From the IMG/VR virus record IMGVR_UViG_3300046485_000109, positions 1 through 56,445 of that record: 56,445 nt of DNA; one strand, 5' to 3'. The stretch is from a virus (taxonomy: Duplodnaviria; Caudoviricetes). This document shows positions 25,409 to 36,595 of this stretch, piece after piece. The stretch's first letter is position 1, and the number at the start of each line of letters is the position of its first letter. The position numbers and the translations under genes are program-made. Below the pieces are notes generated by a model. It worked only from the letters and a program-made list of their open reading frames with translations, searched no databases and had not been told where the DNA came from.

Positions 25409-26782
25409 TTATTCAACAATAGAAATCTTATCGTCTTCAGTAAGATTAACTATTTGTGGAATACTTCCAACAAATCTTTGTCGAGGATTAAATGAAATGT
25501 GTGTATAAGGACTGTCATCACTAACACCCATATCACCCCCAATCATTATAGTTCCTATAACATCGGCAATATGATTAGATGTAAAATCACCTCTCAATCG
25601 TGTCATAATATCACCCAGCAAATGTTCAATCGTATTTGCTTTGTATTCAATTCGACTATCTACAATAACCGATGATTGAACTCCAGGAACTTCACCATAT
25701 CTTGGAGTTCTAAATCTAAATGTTGCATTAGCTTCTTGTGGAATATAATATGGATAAACAATCTTTACTTTCTTACGTTGCTCAGTTGTTAAATTCAATA
25801 AATCTTTACCTAACATTGTCGCTGAAACAACCAATTTTTTGCCAGAAGATAATTGTGATTTTATTTCTTCATAATTTCCAAAGGCCTTAATGTATTCAGG
25901 ATGTGATTTAATATACTCGTCAGCACTGTCACCTTCACCAGATAATCCCTTTGTCCAATAATATGTGTAAATAGAAGGTGTTAAACCTGGGGCATCTGTG
26001 ATAGGCAATAAAGTTGGTATATGTTTATCTTCTGAAAACTGTTGAATTGTATCCCATGAACCTGTTACCATACCACTTACAATTAGAGTTGGTGGTGTCT
26101 GTTTATACTTTTCTTCAAGTTGTTTTGGCCATGTTGATTGATCTCCAGTCAATTTCCAGATAGAATAATCAATTGCTCGAAAATCTTTTATAACTTTTGA
26201 AGCGCTTCTATTATGTAAAAATACAAACTGTTTAATCTTATTCTCAAATATCTTAACATCACTTTCAGGTATTCCATCTGAAACGATAGTTACCAATTTC
26301 ATCCTATCAGTAGTAACTCCAACCGGTTTTTCTGTATTGAGAGTTTTCAAAAAAGAAACTAAAGATTTTAATTCAGTTCCAGAATAAGTATACTTTGGCA
26401 TGATTACTTCTAAATGTCTATTAGAAGGATCAATTCCTTTTGTAATCGCAGTCTCTAGTGTCTTATCATTATAAGCTGGTCTTGCTGGAATTTTTCCATA
26501 TTTGTCAATTACATATTTGTGAACTGATTTTTCGTACATATTCCCATTAGTAAGTGTTTCACGACCAACTGTTGGTAACCCTGAATATGAACTAAATAAT
26601 GCTTGTTTGTTGATAGGAAGAACAATAGAAGCTCCTTCTATCATTCCTGATCCTGATTGTAAATGACATTCTACACATGCTCTTTGTCCATGTAGACCTT
26701 TATAATAAATCTCTTTACCGAAATCAGCGTGTACAGATGAACCGGCAATTGCGATTACCATTGCTGAAGCTCCAATACCCAT
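25409..26782 (-). CDS. exported cytochrome c fused to a periplasmic-binding-like domain
   Basis: Signal peptide; CVECH heme motif; distal MPKY ligand. Confidence 0.8.
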   Translation of the reverse strand: MGIGASAMVIAIAGSSVHADFGKEIYYKGLHGQRACVECHLQSGSGMIEGASIVLPINKQALFSSYSGLPTVGRETLTNGNMYEKSVHKYVIDKYGKIPARPAYNDKTLETAITKGIDPSNRHLEVIMPKYTYSGTELKSLVSFLKTLNTEKPVGVTTDRMKLVTIVSDGIPESDVKIFENKIKQFVFLHNRSASKVIKDFRAIDYSIWKLTGDQSTWPKQLEEKYKQTPPTLIVSGMVTGSWDTIQQFSEDKHIPTLLPITDAPGLTPSIYTYYWTKGLSGEGDSADEYIKSHPEYIKAFGNYEEIKSQLSSGKKLVVSATMLGKDLLNLTTEQRKKVKIVYPYYIPQEANATFRFRTPRYGEVPGVQSSVIVDSRIEYKANTIEHLLGDIMTRLRGDFTSNHIADVIGTIMIGGDMGVSDDSPYTHISFNPRQRFVGSIPQIVNLTEDDKISIVE

Positions 26783-26900
26783 TTTTATTTCCTCTTATCA
26801 AAGTAAACATCAAATAAACCTCTAAAAAATTCTCTGTATTGAAAACCTTTTAGAGGTGGTTCTAGAACATTATATCCTAGAACCACTAATCTTTACAACG

Positions 26901-29900
26901 TTATTGTGCTAGTGTTGGAACAGTTGGAGCCGAAGCTACACCATTGCCAATAGCATTTTTAGCACTAACTCTTAACATATAATTAGTATTTTTTGATAAG
27001 CCATTAACATTGGCAACTACTGTATTAGGGCCAAGAATTGCACCACTAACTTTTGCAGTTGACCAACCTTTACCCGCATTACAAGATGATACTTGGGCTG
27101 GGGTATTAGCTTTACATTTCTGAACTGTATAACCAGTATTGTTATTGGCAACATCAGTCCAAATTAAACCAATTGTATAAGGAGCACCAATTGTACCAGA
27201 AGATGCTATCAATGATACTGGAGCAACTGGTTTCAATTTCATATCAATCACTGCTATATTACTTACAGCACCCGTAGTTGAACCATTTATTGGTGTTACT
27301 CGGAATGAATAAGTTACATTTTTAGCAAGTACCAAAGTTGAATTAAATGACATGGTAGTTGTACCAGCTGGAGTACCAGGTAGAACAGTCCAAACATTTG
27401 TTGTAGATGGAGTATATTCAACTTTATAAGTAACTGAACCAACCGAAGTATTAGTCCATGTTAAAGTTTCACCAGTAACATTTGTTTTAGTTGCAGTTGT
27501 AACTTGAGCCGTTAAATCAGTTACTCCATTCAATAATGTACCACCAACAGTTACTGTATAAGCTTGCGGTGTAGAACTAATTTTTTTAGAATCAGTTACT
27601 GTAACACTAAAGTTATATGTTCCAGGAACAGTTGGATTGCCAGACAATACACCATTTGCAAAAGTCAAACCAGTTGGAATTGTTCCAGTAGTTGACCAGG
27701 TATAAGGAGCAGTACCACCAGTTACACTAACAGTTTGATTATAAGCAGTTCCAACCATTCCACTAGGCAATGAAGCTGTGGTAATACTTGGTGTCAAACT
27801 TGCTCCGATTGTTACATTATAAGTTTTACTTGAACTTGTTGGCAGTGGGTTAGCACTATCAGTTGCTGTTACAGTAAAGTTATAAACCCCAGCAGTAGTA
27901 GGTGTTCCACTAATCAATCCATTTGTTACTGTTAAACCAGGAGGTACAGTACCAGTAGTTGACCAGCTATAAGGACTAATACCGCCAGATACATTTAATG
28001 GTTGACTATAAGTTACGCCAACATTGCTATTTGGTAATACCGCAGTCGCTAAGTTTGTTGTTGAAATACTAACAACATAAGCTTGAGCAGACGATTTTAC
28101 ATTTTTAGAATCAGTAACTGTTACGCTAAAACTAAAATTACCAACTGTTGTAGGTGTTCCAGATAATACTCCATTTGAAAATATCAAACCTGTTGGAACA
28201 GTACCTGTAGAAGTCCAAGTATATGGACCAGTACCACCAGCAACCTGAATGGTTTGGTTATAAGTATTTCCTACATTACCATTTGGAATTGATAATGTCA
28301 TAACACTTGGAACCAGAGCTGAAGCTCCAATGGTTATCGTTTGAGGCAATGATACCGTTTTTGCTGGAGTAGAACTATCAGTCACTGATACATTGAAATT
28401 AAATGTACCAATCACACTTGGAGTACCAGAAATAGTACCTGCAGTTGTCATAGTTAAACCAGTTGGAAGAGTACCACCAGTTATTGTAAAGCGGTAAGGC
28501 AATCCATTTGCTACAGTATTAGTTAAACCACCAGAAGCACTAAATGTGGTTGGTGTATATGCTGTACCTTTAACACCAGCCGGAAGAACTGGAGCGTTAA
28601 TAGTAAGCGGCATAACCATAACAATTGGTCTCATCATATCATGTTCTTCATGACCTAATAAGTGACAGTGCCAAACATATTCCATACCATAATCAGTCAT
28701 TACATTTGTTAGAGTTGTACCATTACTATCAGTCATTGTTGCATTTACTGGTACTGATGGATCTAACGGTCTAACTGAGTTTGGTAATTTCCAAGGTAGA
28801 TAAGGTTGTACTGGACGAGCAGCAACAAACGTATCAAGTGTTGGTGACATTCTAATTACTTCTTTCAAACCCTGTTCTTCTGGATCAATTTCTTGAGCCG
28901 TGCCATCAATTGCTACTCGACCAATCAATTGAAGATTAAACAAGTGAAAATGGATATAGTGTTGATCGATACCTTGATGGTCTAAACGCCAGATTTGAGT
29001 ACCATCACCTAATGTTCCAACCATTGGATAGGGTTGAAATGTCGGCTGCATTATTTCAGTTGGTGGATTGAAATAACTGTATGGTTGAGCAGCACCAGCA
29101 CTTGGTCCAATATTAGGAAGAACCGCACCTAATAGAGCATTCAATCTACCATATTCCATATCCCAATTTTCAACAATTGCTTTTTCTTGAATTGGAATAG
29201 TAACATTAGAAGTACTTAATGCATTAGCTGTAGGATCCCAAGGTTTAAAAGTGAAAAACATATCAGTCAAATTTGGTTTTTGATCGGGTATTTTTCCACC
29301 TAGAACATTGTTATAAACCGAAGTTGGAACTAATGGTTTTTCTTGAGCATTTGCATAAACAGCAGTCCAAGATTTATTCAATTTTGTGATATCAAATGCT
29401 GGAGCACCAACACCTGCAGTTTTAATAGGATCACAGAAATAAATGCTAGTTGAATCAGTAACATTTGTATCGCAAACATTTACTTGCATTACAGTACGTG
29501 TATTAGGACCATATCCTGGAAGAACAGTTGGTGCACCTCCTTGGAATGTATTATCTGGTGAACCAGTATAATAGTCATAACGTTCATCAAATGCTGGATA
29601 AGGGGCTGGTGCATCATTATACAATAGAACTGTTTGACCGGCATAATTGCTAAAATCAACAATTGCATCAAAACGTTCTGCTGGACCAACAACCAAACCA
29701 TGTTCTTTCACATTCAAAGTAAAAATAACTCGACGTGATTGTTCATAAGTTACAGGTTGTGTTTTTAATGTTTGCGGTTTAGGTAACCAACCACCTTCAT
29801 TAGCCAAGATTGTAAATTGTGGACCAATCGCAGCTGGATCAGGAGCACCACCATTACGACCATCAGCAGGCCAGGTTAATGGATATGCAGGACTCAACAT

Positions 29901-32114
29901 TGCTGGTACCATATTGATTTCGGTATTAGGTGAAGCTAACATCGTTGCACCTGTACCTGTTGCATCAGTAACTGTAACAATTGGAGCAGTATCATATGGT
30001 GGAACTGCTTGAGTAACTGTTTTTGTATCAACTATCATATTAGTAATAGTTGCAGTTGCAGTTGGTTGAGTACCAGGAACACCATTAAATACTACAGTTG
30101 GAGCAGAGGTATATCCACGACCACCATTTGTTACTTGAACCAATAAACCAGATGGTTGAGTTGGATCCAGGATTGCAATTGCTTGTGCACCAGTACCACC
30201 ACCGCCTTGTAATACAACTGTTGGTTCTGAAATGTATCCAGGATCAACTGTAGACGTTACTGTAATAGAATCAACAACTCCAGATGTAATTGCATTAACT
30301 TGAGCTGGAGTTCCAGTTCCTGATTTCCAACCACCAGATAATGTTATTGTTGGAGCAGTATAATTTTTGCCACCAGAAATAACAGTTAGACCGATAGGAT
30401 CAGCAATAAACCAGTTCAAACTCAATGTTCTATCATCAGCAGCATTTAACAACTTAAAACGATGTGTATTAGGAGTTACTGACAATTTTGGCCAAGCTGT
30501 ACCATTTACAGTTACACTATCCATGAATGATTCAGGAGTGCCTGTTGGATTAGTAGTACCTGGAACCAAAGGTGGTTCATTTGGAGTAGTTAGTGCATCA
30601 ATGTAAGACAAATTAGGAACTGGTCCAATAATCTGAGTTGTAATAGGTGGATAAATCCAGGTATTATAATCCCAGCGGCCTAAATCATTTACTCCACTAG
30701 CCGATGTTGGATGTTGATTTGGCATATAAACATGTGGAAGCCACAAATCACCAGCAGTTGGTACAGCAGTTGTTGATGCTGTTGCAGGTTTAGAACCCCA
30801 TGCCCAAGTTGGATCTTGATTGATAATATTTGCTGGATCAACCCAAGTTTTATCTTGAATGACTAATGGGATACCAATACCATCTGGCAATTGAGCCAAA
30901 CCTGGATTTCCACCAGAATTATTAGAGCCGTTAATCAAATCATCTTCAATTGGATCTTTCAGAATATAACCAGCAGCCATACCAGCATATACGTTCAATC
31001 GTGTCAAACCGTAAGCATGATCATGATAAAACATGAATTTAGCAGATTGTTGATTTGTATAATACATGGTCAATGAACCTTGACCAGGATCATTTGTTGC
31101 TCCAGCAACTGAACAGACAAGTTGAGCGGCACATGCTTCAATTGTATTCCCTTGTGCATCAAACCACATATCAGGAACAAATTTTACAGCTGGTCCACGT
31201 TTATTAACATTAGTTTCTCCGACTGGAGAAGTCCATTGATGTGGAGTACCATCAGAAATCCATGGAGTTGCTCCACCATGTAAATGTACAGTAATACGAT
31301 TTTGAGAAAATTCTTTACCGGCACCCATATAAGTGTCATCAACAGGCAATGGTAAATTGCCATCAACTCCTACTGGAAGATAGTTAGTAAATTTTACTCG
31401 AACTGGTTTATTTTTAGTAGCTACAACTGATGGTCCCAAATAATTAGGGGGTGCAACAGCATATACTTGATTACCCGCCAAATCTTTAATTGCAGATCCA
31501 TTTGGATAGGTCAAGGCAATATGTTGAGATGGAGTTCCTGCTGCATTTAATGCTGCCACAACAGCTGGTGTTTCAAGCTGAACATAGCCTCGTAAGGTTG
31601 TTGGAGGTAGTTCAGAATGCATTTTAATTGAATATTGAACTACACCAATTTCATAATAATCGGAAGCATATTCAATACCCTCGGCTGGCTGGGCTGGAGT
31701 TGCCGCTCCAGGATAAGTAACAGTATCAGGAGTTGCTACAACTAATTCCATTCCATTAGCATTAGATTTACCAATTTGTGGAAGATCATCAATAAATTTA
31801 TGCAAACCACCTGTAATTGTACCATCTCCATTTAGCGTAGGTTGAGGCGAATTCGCATAGTTAGGATAACTACCATAATAATCTGGTTGTAAATTTTGAT
31901 TAAAAGCATTTGCAGGAGTTACTGCCGCTTTAAAAGTTGGAATATAAGCTGCTGGATAGCATGGACCGGCACCATATGTATTCTGTCCTCCACATGGTTG
32001 GCCATAGCCATTACCTGAACCTGGAGTAGATAACACAGCAAAAGCACCGTTGCTTATTACAGCGCCGATAGAAATTGCTAACATTGTATTAAGTTTATTC
32101 ATATTTTTCACCAT
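26901..32114 (-). CDS. large secreted multicopper oxidase with Ig-like and FN3 domains
   Basis: VHLHG, FYHDH, HYIHFH, WHCHLLGHEEHDMM copper motifs; four GTPT-type Ig repeats. Confidence 0.92.
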   Translation of the reverse strand: MVKNMNKLNTMLAISIGAVISNGAFAVLSTPGSGNGYGQPCGGQNTYGAGPCYPAAYIPTFKAAVTPANAFNQNLQPDYYGSYPNYANSPQPTLNGDGTITGGLHKFIDDLPQIGKSNANGMELVVATPDTVTYPGAATPAQPAEGIEYASDYYEIGVVQYSIKMHSELPPTTLRGYVQLETPAVVAALNAAGTPSQHIALTYPNGSAIKDLAGNQVYAVAPPNYLGPSVVATKNKPVRVKFTNYLPVGVDGNLPLPVDDTYMGAGKEFSQNRITVHLHGGATPWISDGTPHQWTSPVGETNVNKRGPAVKFVPDMWFDAQGNTIEACAAQLVCSVAGATNDPGQGSLTMYYTNQQSAKFMFYHDHAYGLTRLNVYAGMAAGYILKDPIEDDLINGSNNSGGNPGLAQLPDGIGIPLVIQDKTWVDPANIINQDPTWAWGSKPATASTTAVPTAGDLWLPHVYMPNQHPTSASGVNDLGRWDYNTWIYPPITTQIIGPVPNLSYIDALTTPNEPPLVPGTTNPTGTPESFMDSVTVNGTAWPKLSVTPNTHRFKLLNAADDRTLSLNWFIADPIGLTVISGGKNYTAPTITLSGGWKSGTGTPAQVNAITSGVVDSITVTSTVDPGYISEPTVVLQGGGGTGAQAIAILDPTQPSGLLVQVTNGGRGYTSAPTVVFNGVPGTQPTATATITNMIVDTKTVTQAVPPYDTAPIVTVTDATGTGATMLASPNTEINMVPAMLSPAYPLTWPADGRNGGAPDPAAIGPQFTILANEGGWLPKPQTLKTQPVTYEQSRRVIFTLNVKEHGLVVGPAERFDAIVDFSNYAGQTVLLYNDAPAPYPAFDERYDYYTGSPDNTFQGGAPTVLPGYGPNTRTVMQVNVCDTNVTDSTSIYFCDPIKTAGVGAPAFDITKLNKSWTAVYANAQEKPLVPTSVYNNVLGGKIPDQKPNLTDMFFTFKPWDPTANALSTSNVTIPIQEKAIVENWDMEYGRLNALLGAVLPNIGPSAGAAQPYSYFNPPTEIMQPTFQPYPMVGTLGDGTQIWRLDHQGIDQHYIHFHLFNLQLIGRVAIDGTAQEIDPEEQGLKEVIRMSPTLDTFVAARPVQPYLPWKLPNSVRPLDPSVPVNATMTDSNGTTLTNVMTDYGMEYVWHCHLLGHEEHDMMRPIVMVMPLTINAPVLPAGVKGTAYTPTTFSASGGLTNTVANGLPYRFTITGGTLPTGLTMTTAGTISGTPSVIGTFNFNVSVTDSSTPAKTVSLPQTITIGASALVPSVMTLSIPNGNVGNTYNQTIQVAGGTGPYTWTSTGTVPTGLIFSNGVLSGTPTTVGNFSFSVTVTDSKNVKSSAQAYVVSISTTNLATAVLPNSNVGVTYSQPLNVSGGISPYSWSTTGTVPPGLTVTNGLISGTPTTAGVYNFTVTATDSANPLPTSSSKTYNVTIGASLTPSITTASLPSGMVGTAYNQTVSVTGGTAPYTWSTTGTIPTGLTFANGVLSGNPTVPGTYNFSVTVTDSKKISSTPQAYTVTVGGTLLNGVTDLTAQVTTATKTNVTGETLTWTNTSVGSVTYKVEYTPSTTNVWTVLPGTPAGTTTMSFNSTLVLAKNVTYSFRVTPINGSTTGAVSNIAVIDMKLKPVAPVSLIASSGTIGAPYTIGLIWTDVANNNTGYTVQKCKANTPAQVSSCNAGKGWSTAKVSGAILGPNTVVANVNGLSKNTNYMLRVSAKNAIGNGVASAPTVPTLAQ

Positions 32115-32416
32115 TACTTAATTTTTCTTACAACAGTATTGTTAGAAGTTTTAGCTAATCCATCTGAATTTGCTAATTTTCCGCAATCTTTTTTCTTGGT
32201 ATTGCAATTACTAGCATACCGTGCCAGTGCGGCTTTTTTACGATCTTGTGATGTAATCCAAGTCTTCTGAACATTTGGATTTTTATTCAAGAATTCGTTA
32301 ATTGATTCACCACGCTGTAACTGTGGCTCATTATCTTTATCTAAATTTTTAGCCTGTACCGAAGTAATGACAAAAAAATAAAGCATAAACATCATTAAAA
32401 ACTTCATGGTATTCAC
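32114..32416 (-). CDS. small exported protein heading the oxidase operon
   Basis: Signal peptide (VQA); stop overlaps oxidase start. Confidence 0.65.
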   Translation of the reverse strand: MNTMKFLMMFMLYFFVITSVQAKNLDKDNEPQLQRGESINEFLNKNPNVQKTWITSQDRKKAALARYASNCNTKKKDCGKLANSDGLAKTSNNTVVRKIK

Positions 32417-32486
32417 CTCTTTTTTATTAAAAACATTTAACGTATAAACTGTATTTTTGATCTTTTTATAATTTCCCCCGAGATTA

Positions 32487-32513
32487 TTAAAATTAGATTA
32501 AAATTAGATTAAA
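32487..32513. repeat. 11-bp direct repeat, possible OmpR-family box
   Basis: TTAAAATTAGA x2 plus TTAAA upstream of the oxidase operon. Confidence 0.45.
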
Positions 32514-32529
32514 GGGCTATATATCCATT

Positions 32530-33513
32530 TTAAATAGCCAGTTCTAATGCTTTAGACATTGCTGTATCTTTTAGTTTGTTTTGGAATCCATAAAGTGCGT
32601 CCCAAAATTGGTGTGATGGATTTCTTCTGCCAGTACCATGGGTAAAGTTTTCTGTAACTGCATTTACTGCATTCCACAAAGTATCTTTGCCAAATTGGTT
32701 ACCAGCCCCGTGATTATAAAAAGCCATCAAATTATCAACTTTGCGTTCTTGTGCTTTTGTAAAGTCTTTATCGAAATCTTCTACTAGAAGTTCTTTAAAG
32801 AAGTCATAAGCTTGTGATTGACTGATTTTAGTATTAGCCAATTTGCGGGTATTAGCAATAAAGCTTGCCCAACTTTCATCGATCAAACCCATATCAACTT
32901 TAACTTGATCGGCATCCCATTCAGCCCGATGAGAAACTTTAACAACCCCTTTAGATGCAGAATTTAATGCAATAGTCAAGGTGTTATTACAAACTACTCG
33001 AGTGGAAACAAATTTAGCAGTAGTGTTTAAACTACCATCAACTGCAGTTGTCAATAATAAATGTCCAGAAACTTTATCACCTTGAACTACTTCAAAGTCT
33101 TTACCAAGTTCGGCAAGAGCCCAGAAACGACGGCCATCAAATAATGAACCGGCAGTCGACAGTTTCATATTATTTTTTTCTACAAGATCACGGAAGAATT
33201 CGACAATTTCTTTTGGTTGTACAACCTTGAAATCTTTTGAAACGACTGACAATGGACTTTGATTGTCAGAACGATAGAGGACTTTACGATCTTTGAATAC
33301 TTTCAAATCTGGTAAAAAGAGAGGAGCTTCACCTGGAACGCTAAATGTAACATCAGCATCTTTAACTTCCCAGTTCAAACCGGCAGCTTCGATCCACTGT
33401 TCGATAGTGGATCCTTCTTGTATTTCTTGACCTAATCCGTGCCAAATTGCTTTTCTATCACCAGTAAAAGCAATATTTGCACGACCATTCGCCATATCTA
33501 ACTCATGTGCCAT
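32530..33513 (-). CDS. DUF932 (TIGR03299-like) protein
   Basis: MAHE...WHGLG...AGLNWEV...TRVVCNNTL...TLWNAVNAVTE. Confidence 0.92.
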   Translation of the reverse strand: MAHELDMANGRANIAFTGDRKAIWHGLGQEIQEGSTIEQWIEAAGLNWEVKDADVTFSVPGEAPLFLPDLKVFKDRKVLYRSDNQSPLSVVSKDFKVVQPKEIVEFFRDLVEKNNMKLSTAGSLFDGRRFWALAELGKDFEVVQGDKVSGHLLLTTAVDGSLNTTAKFVSTRVVCNNTLTIALNSASKGVVKVSHRAEWDADQVKVDMGLIDESWASFIANTRKLANTKISQSQAYDFFKELLVEDFDKDFTKAQERKVDNLMAFYNHGAGNQFGKDTLWNAVNAVTENFTHGTGRRNPSHQFWDALYGFQNKLKDTAMSKALELAI

Positions 33514-33612
33514 CGTAATTCTCCTCAGTTGTTTTAGAATATGTATATATTTTATCAGGTACTTATAAAAAAGTACATTTCTCTATAGAGAGAAAAATGT
33601 TAACTGGTTCTC

Positions 33613-33915
33613 TCAACTATGAGCGTCAACAATAAAATTAAAAAGTTGTTCAACGAATTCTTTTTTGTCTTCTGCAATATCTCCAAACAGAATAATGAAA
33701 CTGTTTTCTTTTCCATGTCTAAAAGCTAAGCACGATGGAAATACATCTTGTAGTTCTTTAAAAAAGTCAATATTTGGATCAGACATAAAAATGTCTTCCA
33801 TGTGAAGCCAAACTTTTACAAGTGTAAATCCGTTATGTTCAAACTCTTTAGAATATACAACTCTTATATGATGAACTTCTTCAAAAAATTGCTTAACTTG
33901 CTTTTTCATCGTCAT
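33613..33915 (-). CDS. hypothetical protein
   Basis: AGGAG SD. Confidence 0.55.
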   Translation of the reverse strand: MTMKKQVKQFFEEVHHIRVVYSKEFEHNGFTLVKVWLHMEDIFMSDPNIDFFKELQDVFPSCLAFRHGKENSFIILFGDIAEDKKEFVEQLFNFIVDAHS

Positions 33916-33923
33916 CTCCTACA

Positions 33924-34181
33924 CTAGAAAAAACGTTTAGCAAAATGAATAGCCATCATATCAGCCCAACCTGCAGCTTGTTCAACATTAGTAACATTAT
34001 CACAAGTTGAAAGTGCTACCGCATGTTTGGACCATTCCTCACGAAACAATTTCCTATCTTCTTGAGATAAGATTGAATCAACTTTTGACACTATTTGACT
34101 AACCTGAGTCATAGTTGTTGTATTTGGATCGAAGTTGACCAATTCTTCAAAGCGGGCTTTTCTATCTGTTGAAATTGACAT
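33924..34181 (-). CDS. early hypothetical protein
   Basis: Promoter with AACTAGTT box at 34258-34265. Confidence 0.6.
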   Translation of the reverse strand: MSISTDRKARFEELVNFDPNTTTMTQVSQIVSKVDSILSQEDRKLFREEWSKHAVALSTCDNVTNVEQAAGWADMMAIHFAKRFF

Positions 34182-34273
34182 TGTATTTTCCTCAGTTGTT
34201 TTTAAAGTATAAGCAAATTATATACTTTTTTTGCATCTGTACATGGTTATTAGTGTGAACTAGTTATCAGTTT

Positions 34274-34549
34274 TTAGTCATTTTCTACAACTGAATGTGG
34301 AATCCTTTCAAGCAATTTTGAAACCATTGTCATTGAATCAAAATACAGTTTTACTGTAGGTTGTGTAAGATTTTTAATTTCAACTATAGTCGCATAAAGG
34401 CCTGAATGAGGACCTCTACCTACTGTAGTAATACAGGTACTGATTTCTAGTGTATCACCAATCTGTAAAGTTTTTACTAATTCTTCTTTTGATGCACTAG
34501 TAGTTTTACCAGTTACAATAATATGAGCTTTTAATTTTATTTTCGACAT
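34274..34549 (-). CDS. hypothetical protein
   Basis: TAATG coupling. Confidence 0.55.
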   Translation of the reverse strand: MSKIKLKAHIIVTGKTTSASKEELVKTLQIGDTLEISTCITTVGRGPHSGLYATIVEIKNLTQPTVKLYFDSMTMVSKLLERIPHSVVEND

Positions 34550-34839
34550 TATTCATCAGCAAAGTTAATTTCTTGGTATTCACCATTTTCATCTTTAATA
34601 TATCTAGGTTCACTTAAATCTCGAATTAACCAGCCAACCGAACCACCAATACCAAAGCCAAGTGCCCAAACACCACTAACTGGGCCAGCTATGCGAGAGA
34701 TTAAAAAACAAAAGATAATATAACCGAAAGCACAAATCATTACTTGAGCACCTGTATTAGTTCTTGCCCATACATGTTTCAGTGAAGGTTCTTTCCAGAA
34801 TGGCTTAGGATTTCTTTGTTCTAGTGTTGATGGTTTCAT
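34549..34839 (-). CDS. membrane protein
   Basis: Two TM segments; AAGGAG SD before MKPS. Confidence 0.55.
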   Translation of the reverse strand: MKPSTLEQRNPKPFWKEPSLKHVWARTNTGAQVMICAFGYIIFCFLISRIAGPVSGVWALGFGIGGSVGWLIRDLSEPRYIKDENGEYQEINFADE

Positions 34840-35386
34840 CTTATGCTCCTTTAAATCCAAGACTTATTAGGTAATCGTGGTCAACAAATTCTTGTCCAAT
34901 AACTTCTAAGAAAGTAGTCCAAGCCTCCACTTCTAAAATAAAGTCCTTTTCTAAACCGAAATCATCATCGCCCCCATGCACAAACACGATACATTCCAAG
35001 ATACTCAGTAGATTCTTCTAATTCAAAAAAGGAAACGTGAACTAAAAATGTGTTAGAATTAAGTTCATATGAAGGATACCAACTATCACGTGTGGGTTTA
35101 TACACTTCTACGGGTTTCATCTTATTTTTCCTCAATTTCTATTAAATCAAACCAGTAATTTTTTGAAGAACTTCCATCAGGTTCCCATGCATAATGATGA
35201 TCTTCTGAACTAAAATGGTTTAATATGGTCTATGTTTCATTTCTAGGTATGAAAATGACATGGACAAAAACACCATTTCGCATTTTAACTTTAACAGGTT
35301 TATCAGTGTGCAAAAAACGTTTTTGAATTTCAAGAGTAAAATCATTAAAATGATCTTTTGGTGATAATAGTTTTGTATTTTTCATC

Positions 35387-35647
35387 TTATTCGCTCGTAT
35401 CTAATGTAGTTTCAAATTCTAATAAATCTAAATCAAAATCGTTGTCAAATTCTCCTACTTGATATTCTTCGATTTCTTCAGTTTCATAGGCCAAAGATCT
35501 AAGACACCATCCAGTTCCAATACCTAATAAAGCAACTCCAGCAACGTAGCCTATCATTAAGGTTATTGAAGCACAAAGAGACAAATATAATGAAACAACA
35601 ATAAAAGTTTGTATACCCTTTTTTGTTCGTGTACGTAAAGATTTCAT
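35387..35647 (-). CDS. membrane protein with acidic tail
   Basis: Two TM segments; G.G.GW..R.L like the 34549 ORF. Confidence 0.55.
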   Translation of the reverse strand: MKSLRTRTKKGIQTFIVVSLYLSLCASITLMIGYVAGVALLGIGTGWCLRSLAYETEEIEEYQVGEFDNDFDLDLLEFETTLDTSE

Positions 35648-35739
35648 TTTTAAATTCCAGTTCATTAATTTATGGGTAAAATTATAAACTGATTTTTAGA
35701 AAAGTTCAATGTTTTTCTGTAAATTAGTTATCAAATTTG

Positions 35740-36534
35740 TTACAAAGATTTGTAAACTTTTTTAACACTATCCAAATGTGATTGATCCATTACTTTGCCA
35801 AAAGTATTGACAGCCAAGAAGGCAGCATATTTTTCTTTTTGAGTTGAATTTTCTGAAAGAACACCCATTGAAATACCATAAGTTCTAAAATGATTACTAT
35901 CTCGGAAAGATAGTTGAGAATAGTAAACACCTTTATAGTGGAACCGGTCTTCATAAAATTCAACCAATGCAGTCAACCGTTGTTTACCATCAATGACTTC
36001 ATACATTTTTCCATAATCTTCGTATGGACGTTTTGCGAATACAAACAAACCAATAGTAATATTGTTGAAGATGGAATCAATCAATTTTTCTTTATCTTCT
36101 TGAGACCAAACATATTCACGTTGGTACTCAGGAGAGAAATCAACACCAGCATAATCAGAAAAAACTATTGATAATAAACCATCAATTTCACGGTTTGATT
36201 GATTCATGCGATATGCAATCGGCACCGTAAAAGAAGTATCGGTTTGTGCATTTAATTTATCAAGTTGATGCCAACAAACAATTTGTTCTTCAGAATATTC
36301 AGTTGGTTTCCCATAAACTTCTTTTGTTCCAAAACAATGAATTTTGTAAGAAACATCTTCATAGACTTCTAAAATTTCAGTTTTGTCATGATTACCATAA
36401 CGAACTCTTTCACCAACTTCAAAAGTGCGAGTAGGTTTGAAACCATCACGAACTCTCCAATCGACATTAGTCACTGGGTTGAATTCTAATGGTGGTTTTA
36501 CAAATTCTTTTTGTTTTGTTTTTTTAGTAGCCAT
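35740..36534 (-). CDS. DUF262 (ParB-like/GmrS-type) domain protein
   Basis: PEYQREYVW, LIDSI, EVIDGKQRLT. Confidence 0.9.
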   Translation of the reverse strand: MATKKTKQKEFVKPPLEFNPVTNVDWRVRDGFKPTRTFEVGERVRYGNHDKTEILEVYEDVSYKIHCFGTKEVYGKPTEYSEEQIVCWHQLDKLNAQTDTSFTVPIAYRMNQSNREIDGLLSIVFSDYAGVDFSPEYQREYVWSQEDKEKLIDSIFNNITIGLFVFAKRPYEDYGKMYEVIDGKQRLTALVEFYEDRFHYKGVYYSQLSFRDSNHFRTYGISMGVLSENSTQKEKYAAFLAVNTFGKVMDQSHLDSVKKVYKSL

Positions 36535-36595
36535 GATTATGTCTCTAATTCATTAATTTATGAACAGATTATAAACTATTTTTCAAACTTGTACA

